NCBI GenBank assembly: GCA_964016885.1
Contig: OZ024741.1
Span: 222,270,001 to 222,334,000, forward strand
DNA from: Eledone cirrhosa
Lineage: Eukaryota
Direction: 5' to 3'
Length of the DNA stretch: 64,000 bases
Shown piece after piece: positions 22,797 through 36,581 of the stretch. The notes below the pieces were generated by a model. It was not told the origin of the DNA. It did no database searches and worked only from the letters and a program-made list of their open reading frames with translations. A program made the translations under genes and the position numbers. Numbering within the stretch: the first letter of the stretch is position 1; the number at the start of each line of letters is the position of its first letter.

Positions 22797-24530
22797 ATAA
22801 TAATGGTTTCATTTATTGGTCACCAGGGCAGACATATAGAGGACAATACAATAGACGGGGACAGTGGGGTTTTACACAAAAATCGAGTAAAAAATATGAA
22901 AACAATAACAATCAACAAGAAAATTACAAAAAAGAGAAGTTCCTCAATAGGTGGGATAATCACCCAGGGTTGACTCAGGTACCCCATCAATCCTGAACCA
23001 CCCAATGATTCGAGGGTACCCGGGAAGGGCACTCCTCTCCTCCTTAAATTCACCAGCCTACATGCATGATCAGAGTAGGCCCACTCACATGGGTCATTCT
23101 CACTACATTCACCCACCTTTTAGCAAATATATATACTGGGGGCAACACTTCTCTCTTCACGCTCATCTTCCTTTCCAAGTGAAACTTGAAAAAATTGATG
23201 AGGGTTTGGCCGAAGAGATAAGTATCTGTCTTCAGTCCTTTGAATCTGGTACACCATGCATCCTCTTTTGCTGCTGCCACCAGACAGAGGAAAATTGCCT
23301 GCCCTTCCTAGCCAAAAGAAGGCGAAGGGTCGATCTTCACTATGGTCTTGACAGATAACCGGATACGTTCTACATGCGACAACAGCTATGCAGTAATGCA
23401 CAGACACTGGACAAGTGCATGTAGAACAGTTTTGTAGCTCTGCGCGCGTTTTGAGCATGTCCGTCTGACAGCACTTCCGTGCCTGTAGAGTTTATCTTGA
23501 ACCAGCAGTGCCCCCCCCCCCCCCCCCACCCCGGTAGCACTGCCAAGCGAGGGATTTCTGGAAGTTCCACTGACCGCATTGCCCACCTGGTAGAGAGCAG
23601 TGAGTGCCTGGTAACATTCCAGATATCAGTCACCCAGTCTCGGTCTCTTCTTGACCAAGGACTGCAGCTTAGTCAAAGAGACGAGCTGCGGAAAGGCCTG
23701 TCTTACAAACGGCAACCGCATCTGTTCACCATTTAGGCAGTATATCTGGAGATGCCACAGCCTCAGCGCATGTCTGTGTATCATTAGCCATGGCATGCCC
23801 AGCCCTCCACGTAGAGGGTGCTGGCAGCAGATGGACTGCCTCACCAACGGAACCTTTCCCCTCCACAAGAAGTTGAACAGGAGCTGTTCCAACTTGGCAA
23901 AGTGCAGAGGAGAGAAGGCACGACGGTAGGCGGTAGTAGATGACGGATGGGCTGTACGCATTCGCCACCTCTGCCAGACCTTTCAGTGACAGCTTCCTTG
24001 CAACCCGTTTCTGGGGCTACCCTGATCATCACCTCACCCCAATTCTTATCCACCTGGAGGTCTGGTCTGAACCAAACCCTGAACAACTTCACTGGTTCAT
24101 CCGTCCAGCGCCCAAAGACGCTGCTTGACAGCATGGACTTGCCTTTCCAGGTGCTGAGCTGCAAGCCCACCAACTTTTCCGGGTAAAGTTTCGCTCCCGT
24201 CAACCTTTCATATTCCTCCAATAAGGTGTGGACCACCTTGATTTCTGAGGTCTCCAACACCATCACGGTAATGTCTGCAAAAGCTGACACAGCCTTTCCA
24301 TATCCTGGTTCGAGCAGGATGCCCTGCAACAGCTCCAGCTTCCGCAGTAAAGACTCGAGAGTCAATACGTACAGAAGGGAGGAGAGAGGGCAGCCTTGAT
24401 GGACCGATCGGGAGATCTGAAACAGTTCCGAGAGGTGGCCATTAACTTTGACCACCAAGGCAGATACCACTGTGCATTGCAGCGATCCAGCTTCTGAAGT
24501 CGGGGCAAAGCCAGCTGCCCTGAGGACAGC
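22797..24530 (-). mobile_element. Decayed L1/Tx1-clade LINE 3' part
   Basis: QGCPLS, FAD, GGLG.P motifs, C-terminal Cys/His knuckle, (TAT)n-like tail. Confidence 0.8.
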
Positions 24531-24684
24531 CTCAATTAATAAAAAGGACTATTGATCAGCTCAAGATTCGATTTCTATCGATCGGGCCTGACTCTGGAAT
24601 CAAAAGTTCATTGGTCTTCTTTTATGGTAATGACAGAATCCCTAAACTATATATATATAATGTAAATTATATATATGTATATAT

Positions 24685-25351
24685 ACAAGCAAATTATAAA
24701 CGTAAACATGTAAGTATGTTTTTGAAACGGTGCGCGAGTTTGAAATTAGAAATTATAAGCTTTCACCGTATTTTAGACTAAAGAAATTTCTAGCCTGATA
24801 GTGGGGTTTATAACCCTCGGAGAAATGGAAAAAGATGAGTGTTGCCGTACATGGAAGTCGAACCCACATCTTTGGTTATCCAGACCACTGTGCTACCATT
24901 ACACCAATACACATCCCGTCTCCTTCCATTCGAATTAGAAGCTATGTGGGTTCGACTCCCTTGTACGGCAACACTCATCTTTTTCCATTTCTCCGAGGGT
25001 TATAAACCCCACTATGAGGCTAGAAATTTCTTTAGTCTAAAATACGGTGAAAGCTTATAATTTCTAATTTCAAACTCACGCACCGTTTCAAAAACATACT
25101 TACATGTTTACGTTTATAATTTGCTTGTTTATCATTCACTTGCTAAGTTCATAGCTTCTAATTCGAATGGAAGGAGATGGGATGTGTATTGGTGTAATGG
25201 TAGCACAGTGGTCTGGATAACCAAAGATGTGGGTTTGACTCCCATGTACGGTAACACTCATCTTTTTCCATTTCTCCAAGAGTTATAAACCCCACTATCA
25301 TGCTAGAAATTTCTTTAGTCTAAAATGCGGTGAAAGCTTATAATTTCTAAT
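24685..25351. mobile_element. tRNA-like 283-bp unit in inverted plus partial tandem arrangement
   Basis: Minus copy 24685-24945, plus copies 24946-25351 (period 283); A box TGGTGTAATGG, B box GGTTCGACTCC. Confidence 0.7.
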
Positions 25352-25541
25352 ATGTATATATGTATGTATATATATATATATATATATATATAGATATAGT
25401 TTATTGGTGTAAAACATTTAGCTACTATTGGTTCACCAGTTTGAACATTCAATGCCAATGTGAGTCTGGTTGCCGATATAGTATTCTGTTTCATATTACA
25501 CTGTAGTCAGTATCCTTAAGAATCAGTATTAATATTGATAA

Positions 25542-27731
25542 CACTGGGTTACAAAAAATTTTCTAACACAAATCATTAATTAAGGCATGGATTGGCAGTA
25601 TCAGTAGGGGGTCGGACGCCATACTTTGACGCATAGAGTTACGGCCCTTGCCATTCTGAGTTCAAATACCGCCGAGGTTAACTTTGCCTTTCATCCTCAT
25701 GGGGTTGATAAAATAAAGTACCAGTAATGCACTGGGATAATTACTGGCCTTGTGCCAGATGTAGAAACAATTAATTAAATGTTACAAAAATTGATTAGTA
25801 TACATTGAATAGGAGAGATTGATAAAGATAAGTACATGTAAATTGGATGTTAGGTCATCATTGTTCAAAATTCAGGGCTTGAACTTCCGTTTCTTTGAAC
25901 TCCTAGAATGCTCAGCGGCAGGGGTGTCTTTCTTCAGAGTCCAACAGTAATCAGCCATTGTGACTGCATCCCCGCGTCCCTGATACCTGGTCTCCATCTC
26001 TTTCATGTCCTGATGGAATTTCTCCCCTTGTTCGTCGCTCATTGATCCCAGATTCTCAAGAAACCGATCCATATGTAAGAATAAGTAATGCATTTTGATG
26101 CTCATATTGCATCCGAGGTTTCTGAAAGCAGTCTTCATATTGGCGACAAGTTCTGCATAGTTCCTGGCTTTGTTGTTACCAAGAAAGTTCTTCACGACCA
26201 GAACAAAAGCTTTCCATACTTCCAGTTCCACTTCGTTCATTGAGTTTTCACACTCTGGATCTCTGATGAGATGATGGAGTTGAGGACCATCAAAGATGCT
26301 AGCTTTCAACTTCTCCATATCAATCCTGGAAAAGCGTAGCACAAGTAAATGAAGCAGCCACCATCCTTGTCCAGAGCTTTGGTGAACTGTTTGATCAAGC
26401 CGAGCTTGATCTGTAGCAATGGGAAGATTATCCTGTCTCTGTCCATCAGAGGGTTGTTTATGATGTTCCTGGCTCTGCAAGGCACCAATTCCTCCGATAC
26501 AGGACACAGTCCTTCTTCGTGTAATGTTGAGCTTGATCCCTACTATCCCACATGCACAGAAAGCATGGGTACTTGGTGAACCTGAATTGTTGTCCTAACA
26601 AAAAGTTCACCATCTTCAGGTCAACACAAATCAACCACTCATGCTGATCATAACGAATTTTCTCCAGCTTGTACTTCACTTCTTCATACTTCTCCTTCAG
26701 TGTTGTTGAGTGAGTGAGGGGTACAGAGGAAAACCGCCATCGCTTGCTGCTGTTAATGAACAGTCTCCAATCTTTGGGTTGGTACTGTAGCACTCCAAGC
26801 TTGTGCAGAAGCTGCGCAATATCTGTACAGTACACCAAGTCCTTCTCTTCAGAGAAAAAATGGAGGTAGTCTTGATGTCTGTTGCAGTAAAAGGTGATGC
26901 GAGCACTGTCAGAGAGGAGGGTTTTTTTTCTTCAATCTGGATGCCAACAGTTTGGCAAAGGACTTTGACAAGATGAGATCACGAACTAGATCATTTAGCT
27001 CCTTTTGGGAAAAAGAATGTAGAGCATCATCGTCAAGAACCACTTATTTTTATTCATTTTCTTCAATACTGGAGTCATTAATGTCAGGAGATTCTCCAAA
27101 GATAGGTATTGGAATTTTGTCACAATGAGATACAGGATGACGTGCTGATTCAAGATCAGGATACTTGAGGCTGTTCTGGTTCTTTCTGTTGATCCCAGTC
27201 AAATCAATAGCACAGAAGTAGCAGTCTGTGCCATGGTTTGTTGGCTCCCTCCAAACTTCAGACAACTCTTCTTGCCCTTGGTCCAACAACGCAGATACTT
27301 GGTGCATGTCTTGCATACCACATGTAGCACCCAAGCTGTATCCTGGTCACCAACTTTCATACCAAAATAAAGGTAGCAAGCACGCTTTATGAAACTTGTG
27401 ACTGGATTCCTGTTAGGAACAATGGTGTATTTGCCACTCATGTAGCAGAATCTTCTGGCCGAATCCGTTTCATTCACTTACAAAAGAAAAATACCAGTTT
27501 GTCAAAAATTGTTGTATGTAAGCTCTTCAGAATTCATTTATTTAAAGGAATAAGAAATATTTTGCATCATATAAATAGAAAATACCAGTACATCTAAACA
27601 AGAACTTAAAAAACTATCATGTGGTGATTCATCAAAAAGTTGACCTGATTGAGTAAAACCAATGTGATTTTTGGATTCAGCACATCAAAGTTGTCCTAAA
27701 TCAGCTAAAATAACTTTGTTGTTGGCCAGTG
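25542..27731 (-). mobile_element. Chapaev3-like (CMC) DNA transposon with decayed transposase
   Basis: CACTGG...CCAGTG termini, TAA on both sides; CYFC, VDLKM, IKLGL, FLGN, SDEQGEKFHQD, ADYCW motifs. Confidence 0.75.
25585..25775 (+). mobile_element. Nin-domain-like SINE nested in the DNA transposon
   Basis: Same family as 27842; ATTAATTAA on both sides. Confidence 0.8.
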
Positions 27732-27841
27732 TAATAATTGTTCCTTCTTTTGGCACAAGGCCAGCAATTATCCCAGTGCATTACTGGTACAATGAGTATG
27801 AACAAGGTATGATATATAGCATCATTATGTATATTCATAAT

Positions 27842-28028
27842 TGGTGGATTGGCAGTATCGGTAGAGGGTCGGACGCCATGCTTTCCAGCATAGTTACGTC
27901 CCTTTACGATCTGAGTTCAAATCCCGCCGAGGTTGACTTTGCCTTTCATCCTTACGGGGTCGATAAAATAAAGTACCAGTAATGCACTGGGTAATTGCTG
28001 GTCTTGTGCCTAAATTAGAAATAATTAT
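27842..28028 (+). mobile_element. Nin-domain-like SINE with 15-bp TSD
   Basis: ATTATGTATATTCAT at 27824-27838 and 28024-28038. Confidence 0.85.
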
Positions 28029-28189
28029 GTATATTCATGTGTGATGTGTGTTTCACGATCAATCAGCTTAATGTACAATCGGTATTAATCAGGCTTGACT
28101 CTGAAATCAATAGCTCATCAGACTATATATATATATAGTGACTGCTAGTATACATATATATATACATGTATGTGTATACATAAACTCAC

Positions 28190-29410
28190 ACACATGACCC
28201 TCCCCCCATATGCACGTGTGTGCATGCATGTGTGTATTTGTTATTCATTTGTATGAAGCTAAGAGGATATGTGTGTGTATATGTAAGTTTAAGAGAGTGT
28301 GTGTGTGTTTGTAAGTACGAAGCTGTGAGGATTTGTGTTTGGTGTAGGTCTGTATAAGCTGTAAGAGAGTGTGTTTCTGACCATAACAGAGTCATAGGAA
28401 CTGAGGGGGTGAATGTATATGCCTGTGAGTGACAGTGGCTAAGGGTATAGAAGTAAGTGCAAGTGTGTGTGTGCAAGATTAAAGAAATTGAGGAGGGGAG
28501 TTGAGTCCATTAGGGAAACTGAACCCAAGGCAGAAAATCAGACCCTTAGTCCTGGTGCTCGAGGCCAGTGATCTGTGATGTAAAAGGATACCAAGGACTG
28601 AGACATGTAGGGAGGAGTGGTCTAGGGATCAGAAATTACGAGTGACGAGAGTATCCATGCAGAGTCATATGTTCAAGTGCTCTGCGATACGGTCTGCCAG
28701 AGGCAGCCTTTTTGTCTGGTGTATATGGAAGACCACAGAACTAGACTATGTGGGTGGATGTCAGTTGAGGGAGTGGCCGATACAGAAAGAACCATTAGTG
28801 CCTGTGAGAGTGGTGAGGTTAGAAATGAAAGGACAGGTGTTACAAAGGGGACAAGATCAGAGACGGGAACCAGGTGGAGTCCTAGGAGAAGAAGGGAAGG
28901 AACTGCATACCAGGAGGTCGCCGAGATTATGGGCGCGCTTAAAGGCGGTGATGGGTGGTTTTGGAAAGAAGTAACAAGTGACAGGGTCAAAAGAGAGGGC
29001 ATGGAAGCAAAGGAGGATATGTCGCCAGAGAGGTAGGGTAATAGGGTCGTAGGTAAGGTGGCAAGGAAGGTGGGTGTGCAGAGGGCAGTGGTAGGATGAG
29101 AAGGCTGTGTTACAGATGGTTTCTCAGATATGGGTGAAGGCAGCTTGGGGTAGGGGGATATCCATGCTGGATGAAGTGGGAGGCCATGTGAAGGGATTAG
29201 GTCTCAAAATCATGGTCCTGGCTTCAGAGTTGATGAAGGTGGAGGAATTGGGAGTAAAGTGTGAAGAGTTTGTTGTGGGTGGGATTGGAGGAGGTGAAGT
29301 CGAGGTAGGAGTGGGAATCAGTGTGTTTATAGAAGATGGAGGTAGAGAGTGTGTGGTGAATGTGGTCAATAGACAGAGGGATCTAAAGAAATTGGACAGA
29401 AATCACATTG
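28190..29410 (-). mobile_element. Second decayed Penelope-like element
   Basis: Colinear similarity to 60-1320 including DSHSY, GIY-YIG region and downstream non-coding end. Confidence 0.75.
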
Positions 29411-29414
29411 AACT

Positions 29415-31937
29415 GTGGTGGAAAAGATGAATGCAGCAAAACGTTAAAACACTTGTGAAAGACATCTCAGTACTAGACAGATAAATCAAAGATGAACTTA
29501 GGAATGAACAGAAGTATGATAGACTGAAGAGAAAATATGACATAGAAAGAAAGGGGCTCATGATTGTCTTAGAAGAATTGAAAGAAGGTGTGATTACAAA
29601 GAAAGCAAAGGTATTCAAATATGAACAGTGAATTAAACAATTTCAACAAAACAAGTTCTTCAGGATGGAACAAAAGAAGTTCTACCAGGAAATTAATAGA
29701 AGATTAGCAGGAGAAGTGTTGGTTCCAAATGAACAGGAATGTAAACAGTTCTGAAATAATGTCTGGAGTAAAAGAGAAGAACACAACAAAGAGGCTGAAT
29801 GGTTAAAAGATCCAAAGCAGCCAGAAATTATAATTATAGAGAGGGATATTTGAGACATAAGTAAACGCATGAACAATTTGAAGTCATCAGGCTCAAACAG
29901 AGTGCAGGAATATTGAATAAAAAGTTTTAAGGGGTATCACATAAGGATTGCAGAACAGTTTAACATTTTCATAGAAAATGGGGAGGAAATATCAGAGTGG
30001 CTGACAATAGGCAGAACAGTTCTATACATGACAAAAGGAAATGCTGTCGAGTACTACAGACCAATATCTTGTTTACCACTCATGTGGAAGTTGTCGACTG
30101 AGATAACTGCAGATAAAATGTTCAAGTACTTGGATGAGAACAATATTCTTTTAGAAGAGCAGAAGGGTTGTAAACAAAAATGTAGAGGTACTAAAGATCA
30201 GTTACTAATTGATAAGAAAGAAAGAAGGTTAATCTGGCAATATAATGGATTGACTACCGTAAGGCATATGATTTAATACCACACTCATGGATTATAGAAT
30301 GCTTAAAATATATTTGGAATTGCAAAGAATATAGAAGATTTTCTGGGTAAAAGTATGGAAAAATGTATGACTGATTTAAGATCTGATGGACAATCTTGGT
30401 ACAATAGAAATCAGAAGTATATTACAGAGAGATAGTTTGTCTCCATTGTTGTTTGTGTTGTGCATAGTGCCCCTGATGATGATATTGAGAAGAGCTAAAG
30501 CAGGGTATGAGTATTGGGAACAGCAGCAAAGGGCCAACCATCTATTATTCAAGGATGTTCTGAAATTATATGGAAAAGACGAATTCCAAATTAGTTCACT
30601 TATGGACATCCAAATGGAATTGGGCTTACAGAAATGTGCACTCATTCTGAAACAAGGCAAAATCAAACACTTGGACAGAATAGCAATACCTTTAAGAAAG
30701 GTCATGAAGCAAATAGATGATAACAGCTACATATATCTGTGAGTTTTGGAAAAGGATAACTTGATGGAACAGGATATGAAACTAAGTTTGCAGAAGAATA
30801 CTTTAAGAAAGTGAGCTTGATTCTTAAATCTAAGTTGAATGGCAGAAATAGATATGAAGCACTTAACACTTGGGTAGTATCCTTGTTAAGATATGGTGCT
30901 GGAGTGGTTGGGTGGACAGTAAATGAGTTACAATGCTTGGAATTAACGGAACCTTTCTTTCAAGAAGTGATGTTGACAGCTTATACTTGTCACAAAAGGA
31001 GAGGACAGTTGTGAAGAATGTGTGAGAGCAGAAGAGATAGTATTAGCAAAGAAAAAACGAAATACAAGAAGGAGAAGCAACTTGAAACTGTAAAAAGAGG
31101 GAAAGAAAAGAGGATGTTAGGGCAATTTTACAGGGACTCAGAAGCCAAAACCAATTTGGAGAAGTGGCTGCAGAAAAGTGACCTTAAGGTGAATCAGAAG
31201 TTTTAATCTGTGCTGCATAGGAGCAAGCCTCGTGGACAAATTATGTTAAACATAAGATTGACAACTCAGGTGAAACAGAAAAGTGTACGATGTATGGGGA
31301 AAAGGGAGAAACTGTGTGATATATCACCAGCCAGTGCACGAAGTTGGCACAGAAAGAATACAAGTGACGCCATGATAACATAGCAAAAATCATTCATTAG
31401 CAGTTATGTAGAAAATATGACCTTGAAAGAGCAAACCAGTGGTATGAGCACAAAACAGAAGGTGTTATAGAAAATGACCACATCAAGATTCTATGGGACT
31501 TTATGGTCCAATGTGACCATGAAATTGAACATTGCAAACCAGATATTGTGGTGATCAACAAAGTTAACAAATAATGTTTGATTCTGGATGTGGTTTGTCC
31601 CACTGACATTAAGGTGAAGAAAGTTGTGTGATACGAACAATGAGAGATAAAACATTTGTGGGCAATGTAAAATGTTGAGGTGATCCCAGTTGTAGTTGGG
31701 GTGTTTGGTACTTTGAGCATCAGAATCGAAAGCTAATTTTTAAAAATTGGGGCCAACATCAGGGTGGGGCCCTTACAAAAAACAAGACTCATTGAAACTG
31801 CCAGGATACTTAGAAAAGTACTTGATAATTAAAGGATGCCATCTCAATGCACTGGTTGTGGACAGCTCGCACCAGAATTACATCACCAGCATCAAATGTT
31901 GTGTGACAAATGAATAGTAGTAGTTGTAGTAGTAGTA
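29415..31937 (+). mobile_element. Decayed R4/Dong-type non-LTR retrotransposon (RT + restriction-like endonuclease)
   Basis: [48 protein letters not shown]; (TAG)n tail. Confidence 0.8.
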
Positions 31938-32077
31938 ATTGGCAAGAAATGGATACAAAACTAAAGGAAGAAAAAAAACACAAATAATCTAATATATAAT
32001 AAAGGGAGGAGTGTGGGACTGTGTCTTGTTTATTTTTTTTTATCCCGTTTGTAAAATAAGTTGGATTACTTTGAATA

Positions 32078-32268
32078 AATAATTGTTTCTACGTTAGGCA
32101 CAAGGCCAGCAATTACCCAGTGTATTACTGGTACTTTATGTTATCGACCCCGTAAGGATGAAAGGCAAAGTTAACCTCGGCGGGATTTGAACTCAGAATA
32201 GCAAGGGCCGTAACTCTATGCGTCAAAGCATGGCATCCGACCCTCTACCGATACTGCCAATCCGTCAC
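32078..32268 (-). mobile_element. Nin-domain-like SINE with TSD
   Basis: CTTTGAATAAATAAT at 32069-32083 and 32269-32283. Confidence 0.85.
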
Positions 32269-32404
32269 CTTTGAATAAATAATGAATGACTATTACATAA
32301 TTTATCTACTAAATTTCATAATTCTTGATTAAACATAAATAATTTTATTTGTTTATTTCAAGATTCACTTCTTTTAAAAGTTTCAAATTTCAACACTTCC
32401 GGTA

Positions 32405-32603
32405 NNNNNNNNNNNNNNNNNNNNNNNNNNNNNNNNNNNNNNNNNNNNNNNNNNNNNNNNNNNNNNNNNNNNNNNNNNNNNNNNNNNNNNNNNNNNNNNN
32501 NNNNNNNNNNNNNNNNNNNNNNNNNNNNNNNNNNNNNNNNNNNNNNNNNNNNNNNNNNNNNNNNNNNNNNNNNNNNNNNNNNNNNNNNNNNNNNNNNNNN
32601 NNN
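32405..32603. other. Assembly gap (199 N)
   Basis: Run of N. Confidence 1.
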
Positions 32604-34870
32604 NGTATGGCGGGATGGGGGAAGTAGAGAAGACTATCAAGTGGCCAGGAGGGAAGCTAGGAGACAAGTGTACTTCGCAAGGGAAGCAGAGGAAAGAAAG
32701 TTCAAGCATGTTCTACAACGCGAGGACCAAAAACGTGAGGTGTTCAGGATTATGGCGTACTTGCCATCACTGACGCTGATAAGAAGGTAGCTTGGAAGTG
32801 TCACTACTAAATGAGGAGAATAAATGGGAGAAAGACAGTCTCCCCCACATCGACCCAATAGAGGGACCAGCAGTGTTAGTCGAAGGTAGTATAATAAGTA
32901 AGGCAATCAAAGATATGAAGACGAGTAAGGCGGCTGGGCCTTCGGAAATAGTTGCTGAAATGCTGAAAGCCTCCGGATAGTAAACCAAGTCATACAGAAT
33001 ACGGTTGTTCCGAAGGACTGGCATAGCAGCATCATCATTAACTGTTACAAGGGTAAAGGAGATGCCCTAGATAGGAGTAACTATACAGGCATTAAATTAA
33101 TCGACCAGGTCATGAAGGACACGGAAAAAGTAATAGCGCAACTAATCAGAGAGAGAAATGATCTAGATGAAATGCAGTTCGGGTTTGTGTCAGGCAAAAG
33201 TACCACAGACGCTCTTTTCATTGTTCGACAACTACAGGAGAAGTACCTAGCTAAAAGTAAACTCCTATACTTAGCTTTTGTCGACTTGGAGAAAGCCTTC
33301 GATAGAGTCCCCCGTTCCATTATCTGGTGGGCTCTTGATGAATGGCTTGTGAGAGCTATACAAGCCATGTATAAAGAAACAGTCAGCAAGGTTACAATTA
33401 ACAACGAATATAGTGAAGAGTTTAGCATAAAAGTTGGTGTTCATCAGGGCTCAGTCCTTAGCCCCTACTATTTATTATTGCCCTTCAGGCTATAACAGTG
33501 GAGTTCAAGACCGGCTGCACATGGGAACTCCTATACGCAGATGATCTAACGCTCATAGCTGAATCAATGGCCGAGTTAGAGAAGAAATTCCAAACATAGA
33601 AGCACGGCCTAGAATCAAAAGGCCTTAAAATTAACCTGGCTAAGACTAAAGTTCTAGTTTGTAGGAAAGAAAATAAGGCGCCGATCCCTTCCGGGAAATG
33701 GCCATGCTCAGTGTGTAGGAAAGGCGTAGGTAGAAACTCCATTTTATGTCCCAAATGCAAAGTATGGGTGCATAAAAGATGTAGTGGGATCACAGGTAAG
33801 CTAACTAAGAACATAGATTTTACATGTGGCCGGTGCTCTGGTGCAATAAGTAGCAGCAAGTGCCCACAAAATACTAGCTCTTTCAATTGCGCAGAGGGTT
33901 CTATAGAAATAGTAGACAGCTTCCGTTACCTGGGTGACAAAATCAGCAGTGGGGGAGGGTGCTCTGAAAGTACAGTAGCTAGAGTCAGAACTGGATGGAA
34001 AAAGTTCAGAGAGCTTATACCACTATTAGCCGCTAAAGGGTTCTCCCTAAAAATGAAAGGCAGGTTGTATGATGCCTGCATACGAACAGCAATGTTGCAT
34101 GGCAGTGAGACCTGGGCATTGTGTGCAGAGGATATATGCAGACTAGAGAGGAACGAAGCTTGCATTCTCCGCTGGATGTGTAATAGTAATATACGCGAAT
34201 GGCAAAGCATAAACGAACTAAGGAAAAAATTAGAAATAAGAGGGATCAGATGTTGTTTACTCGAGAGAAGGCTACGTTGGTATGGTCACGTGATGCGCAT
34301 GAAAGACGACAGCTGTATAACAAAGTGCAGGGCAATAAAGATAGACGGTAGCCACGGAGTAGGCAGACCCAGAAAAACCTGGGACGACCTGATAAATTCC
34401 GACCTCACACACTTACACCTCTCCAAGACAATGTCACTGGACCGAGATCTTTGGCGGTACTCAGTAATAGAGAAGACCCGCCTTACCTAAATACAAAGTA
34501 AAACCTACTACAGTCAGTAGGCATCTCCGAAAAAATACACCCCTGCCCACCACCCCCACCCCATCCACACCGCCCCTTTCAATGTAAAGTTATGTTGGTG
34601 CCACAACATCCAGGCCGAAACAAATGAGATCGTGTGGTGTCACAACAAAAAAACCCACAGTCCACGCTGTAATGTGGCCGTGTAGGCAACATGGTAAAAA
34701 CCTCCCAGCCCCACATTGTAAATGTGGTTGGCGTTAGGAAGGGCAACCAGCTGTAGAAAACCCGCCAGACAGTCCTATGCGAGCAAGACAACCACTCTTG
34801 CCTCAAGTGGGAAAACCCCCGTCCAAACCCATGCGTGGAACATGGACGTTATACGATGATGATGATGATG
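32604..34870 (+). mobile_element. Decayed RTE LINE (family A-related subfamily)
   Basis: RT, PHD-like finger and C-terminus with frameshifts; 3'UTR with Meta-like segment and (GAT)n. Confidence 0.9.
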
Positions 34871-34978
34871 TATGTGTGTATATATATATATATGTAAGTA
34901 TGAATGTATATATATCTATATATATGACCTGTCCCACTCTTGCAAGCAGGGAAAAGCGGATGTGAAATGATGATGATG

Positions 34979-35018
<40 letters not shown>

Positions 35019-35063
35019 GTATATACATATATGTATATATGTATATACATATACATATATATG

Positions 35064-35131
<68 letters not shown>

Positions 35132-35308
35132 AGTATTGAAATTTCCGTTGGAAACAGAAAAGGTCATAGAAATGAAGAGTGCTCTATGTAAGTATCAGAG
35201 CAAAATTTAATGTATAAAATCAATACAATATAATTACCTCATTACCAGAGGCTTCCCGAATGAGGCGAATACGAAATAAACGACTTCATTCGTTCGTCAG
35301 ACGAGGCA

Positions 35309-35359
<51 letters not shown>

Positions 35360-35360
<1 letters not shown>

Positions 35361-35722
35361 GCAAAGTTTTATTTAAATTGTTGGGTTAACAACGAGTAAC
35401 TATTTATAACTGATATAAAAGCACTCAACAAGTATTTGGAGTATATTTACGATATTAAATAAATGGAAACTATATTTATAAAACCATATTTATTTCATTA
35501 TATATATTTCAGGGATATCATATAAACAGTCTTATAAATAGATAGATTCGACATACCTTTCAACTTCGACTTCTATTTGAAAAGTTGATTCCATCCAAAT
35601 CAACTTTTCAAATAGAAGTCGAAGTTGAAAGGTATGTCGAATCTATCTATTTATAAGACTGTTTATATTGTATTTTGTCTGAAGAAGGCATAACATATTT
35701 TTAATATGATATCCCTGAAATA

Positions 35723-35762
<40 letters not shown>

Positions 35763-35804
35763 TATATTTATATTTATATATATATATATATTTATATTTA
35801 TATT

Positions 35805-35843
<39 letters not shown>

Positions 35844-35850
35844 ATATTTA

Positions 35851-35917
<67 letters not shown>

Positions 35918-36235
35918 ATATATATATATATATGGAAAGTTATATTTAAATTGTTGTGTTACAACTAGTAAATATTTATAACTGATATAAAAGCACTCGA
36001 CAAATATTTGGAGTATATCTATCGTCCGAAACGGCATAGCATATTGTTAATATGTTATCCCTGAAATATATATAATGAAATAAATATTTATAACTGATAT
36101 AAAAGCACTCGACAAATATTTGGAGTATATCTATCGTCCGAAACGGCATAGCATATTGTTAATATGTTATCCCTGAAATATATATAATGAAATAAATATG
36201 GTTTTATAAATATAGTTTCCATTTATTTAATATTG
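35360..36235. mobile_element. Fold-back element family E fragments (palindrome, 112-bp tandem duplication, hammerhead-like core)
   Basis: Palindrome 35521-35667; CTGAAGA..stem..GAAA at 35679-35720; related pieces at 38345-38720. Confidence 0.6.
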
Positions 36236-36268
<33 letters not shown>

Positions 36269-36323
36269 GTATATTTATATATATATGTATATATATATTT
36301 ATATATATATATGTATATATATA

Positions 36324-36404
<81 letters not shown>

Positions 36405-36505
36405 GTATATTTATATATATATGTATATATATATTTATATATATATATGTATATATATATATTTATATATATATGTATATATATATATATATTTATATAT
36501 ATATG

Positions 36506-36540
<35 letters not shown>

Positions 36541-36581
36541 GTATATATATATGTATATATATGTATATATATATATATATA

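Noticed and set aside
28045-28125. Minus-strand CTGATGA...GAAAC
   Set aside because: No convincing stem II or stem I pairing
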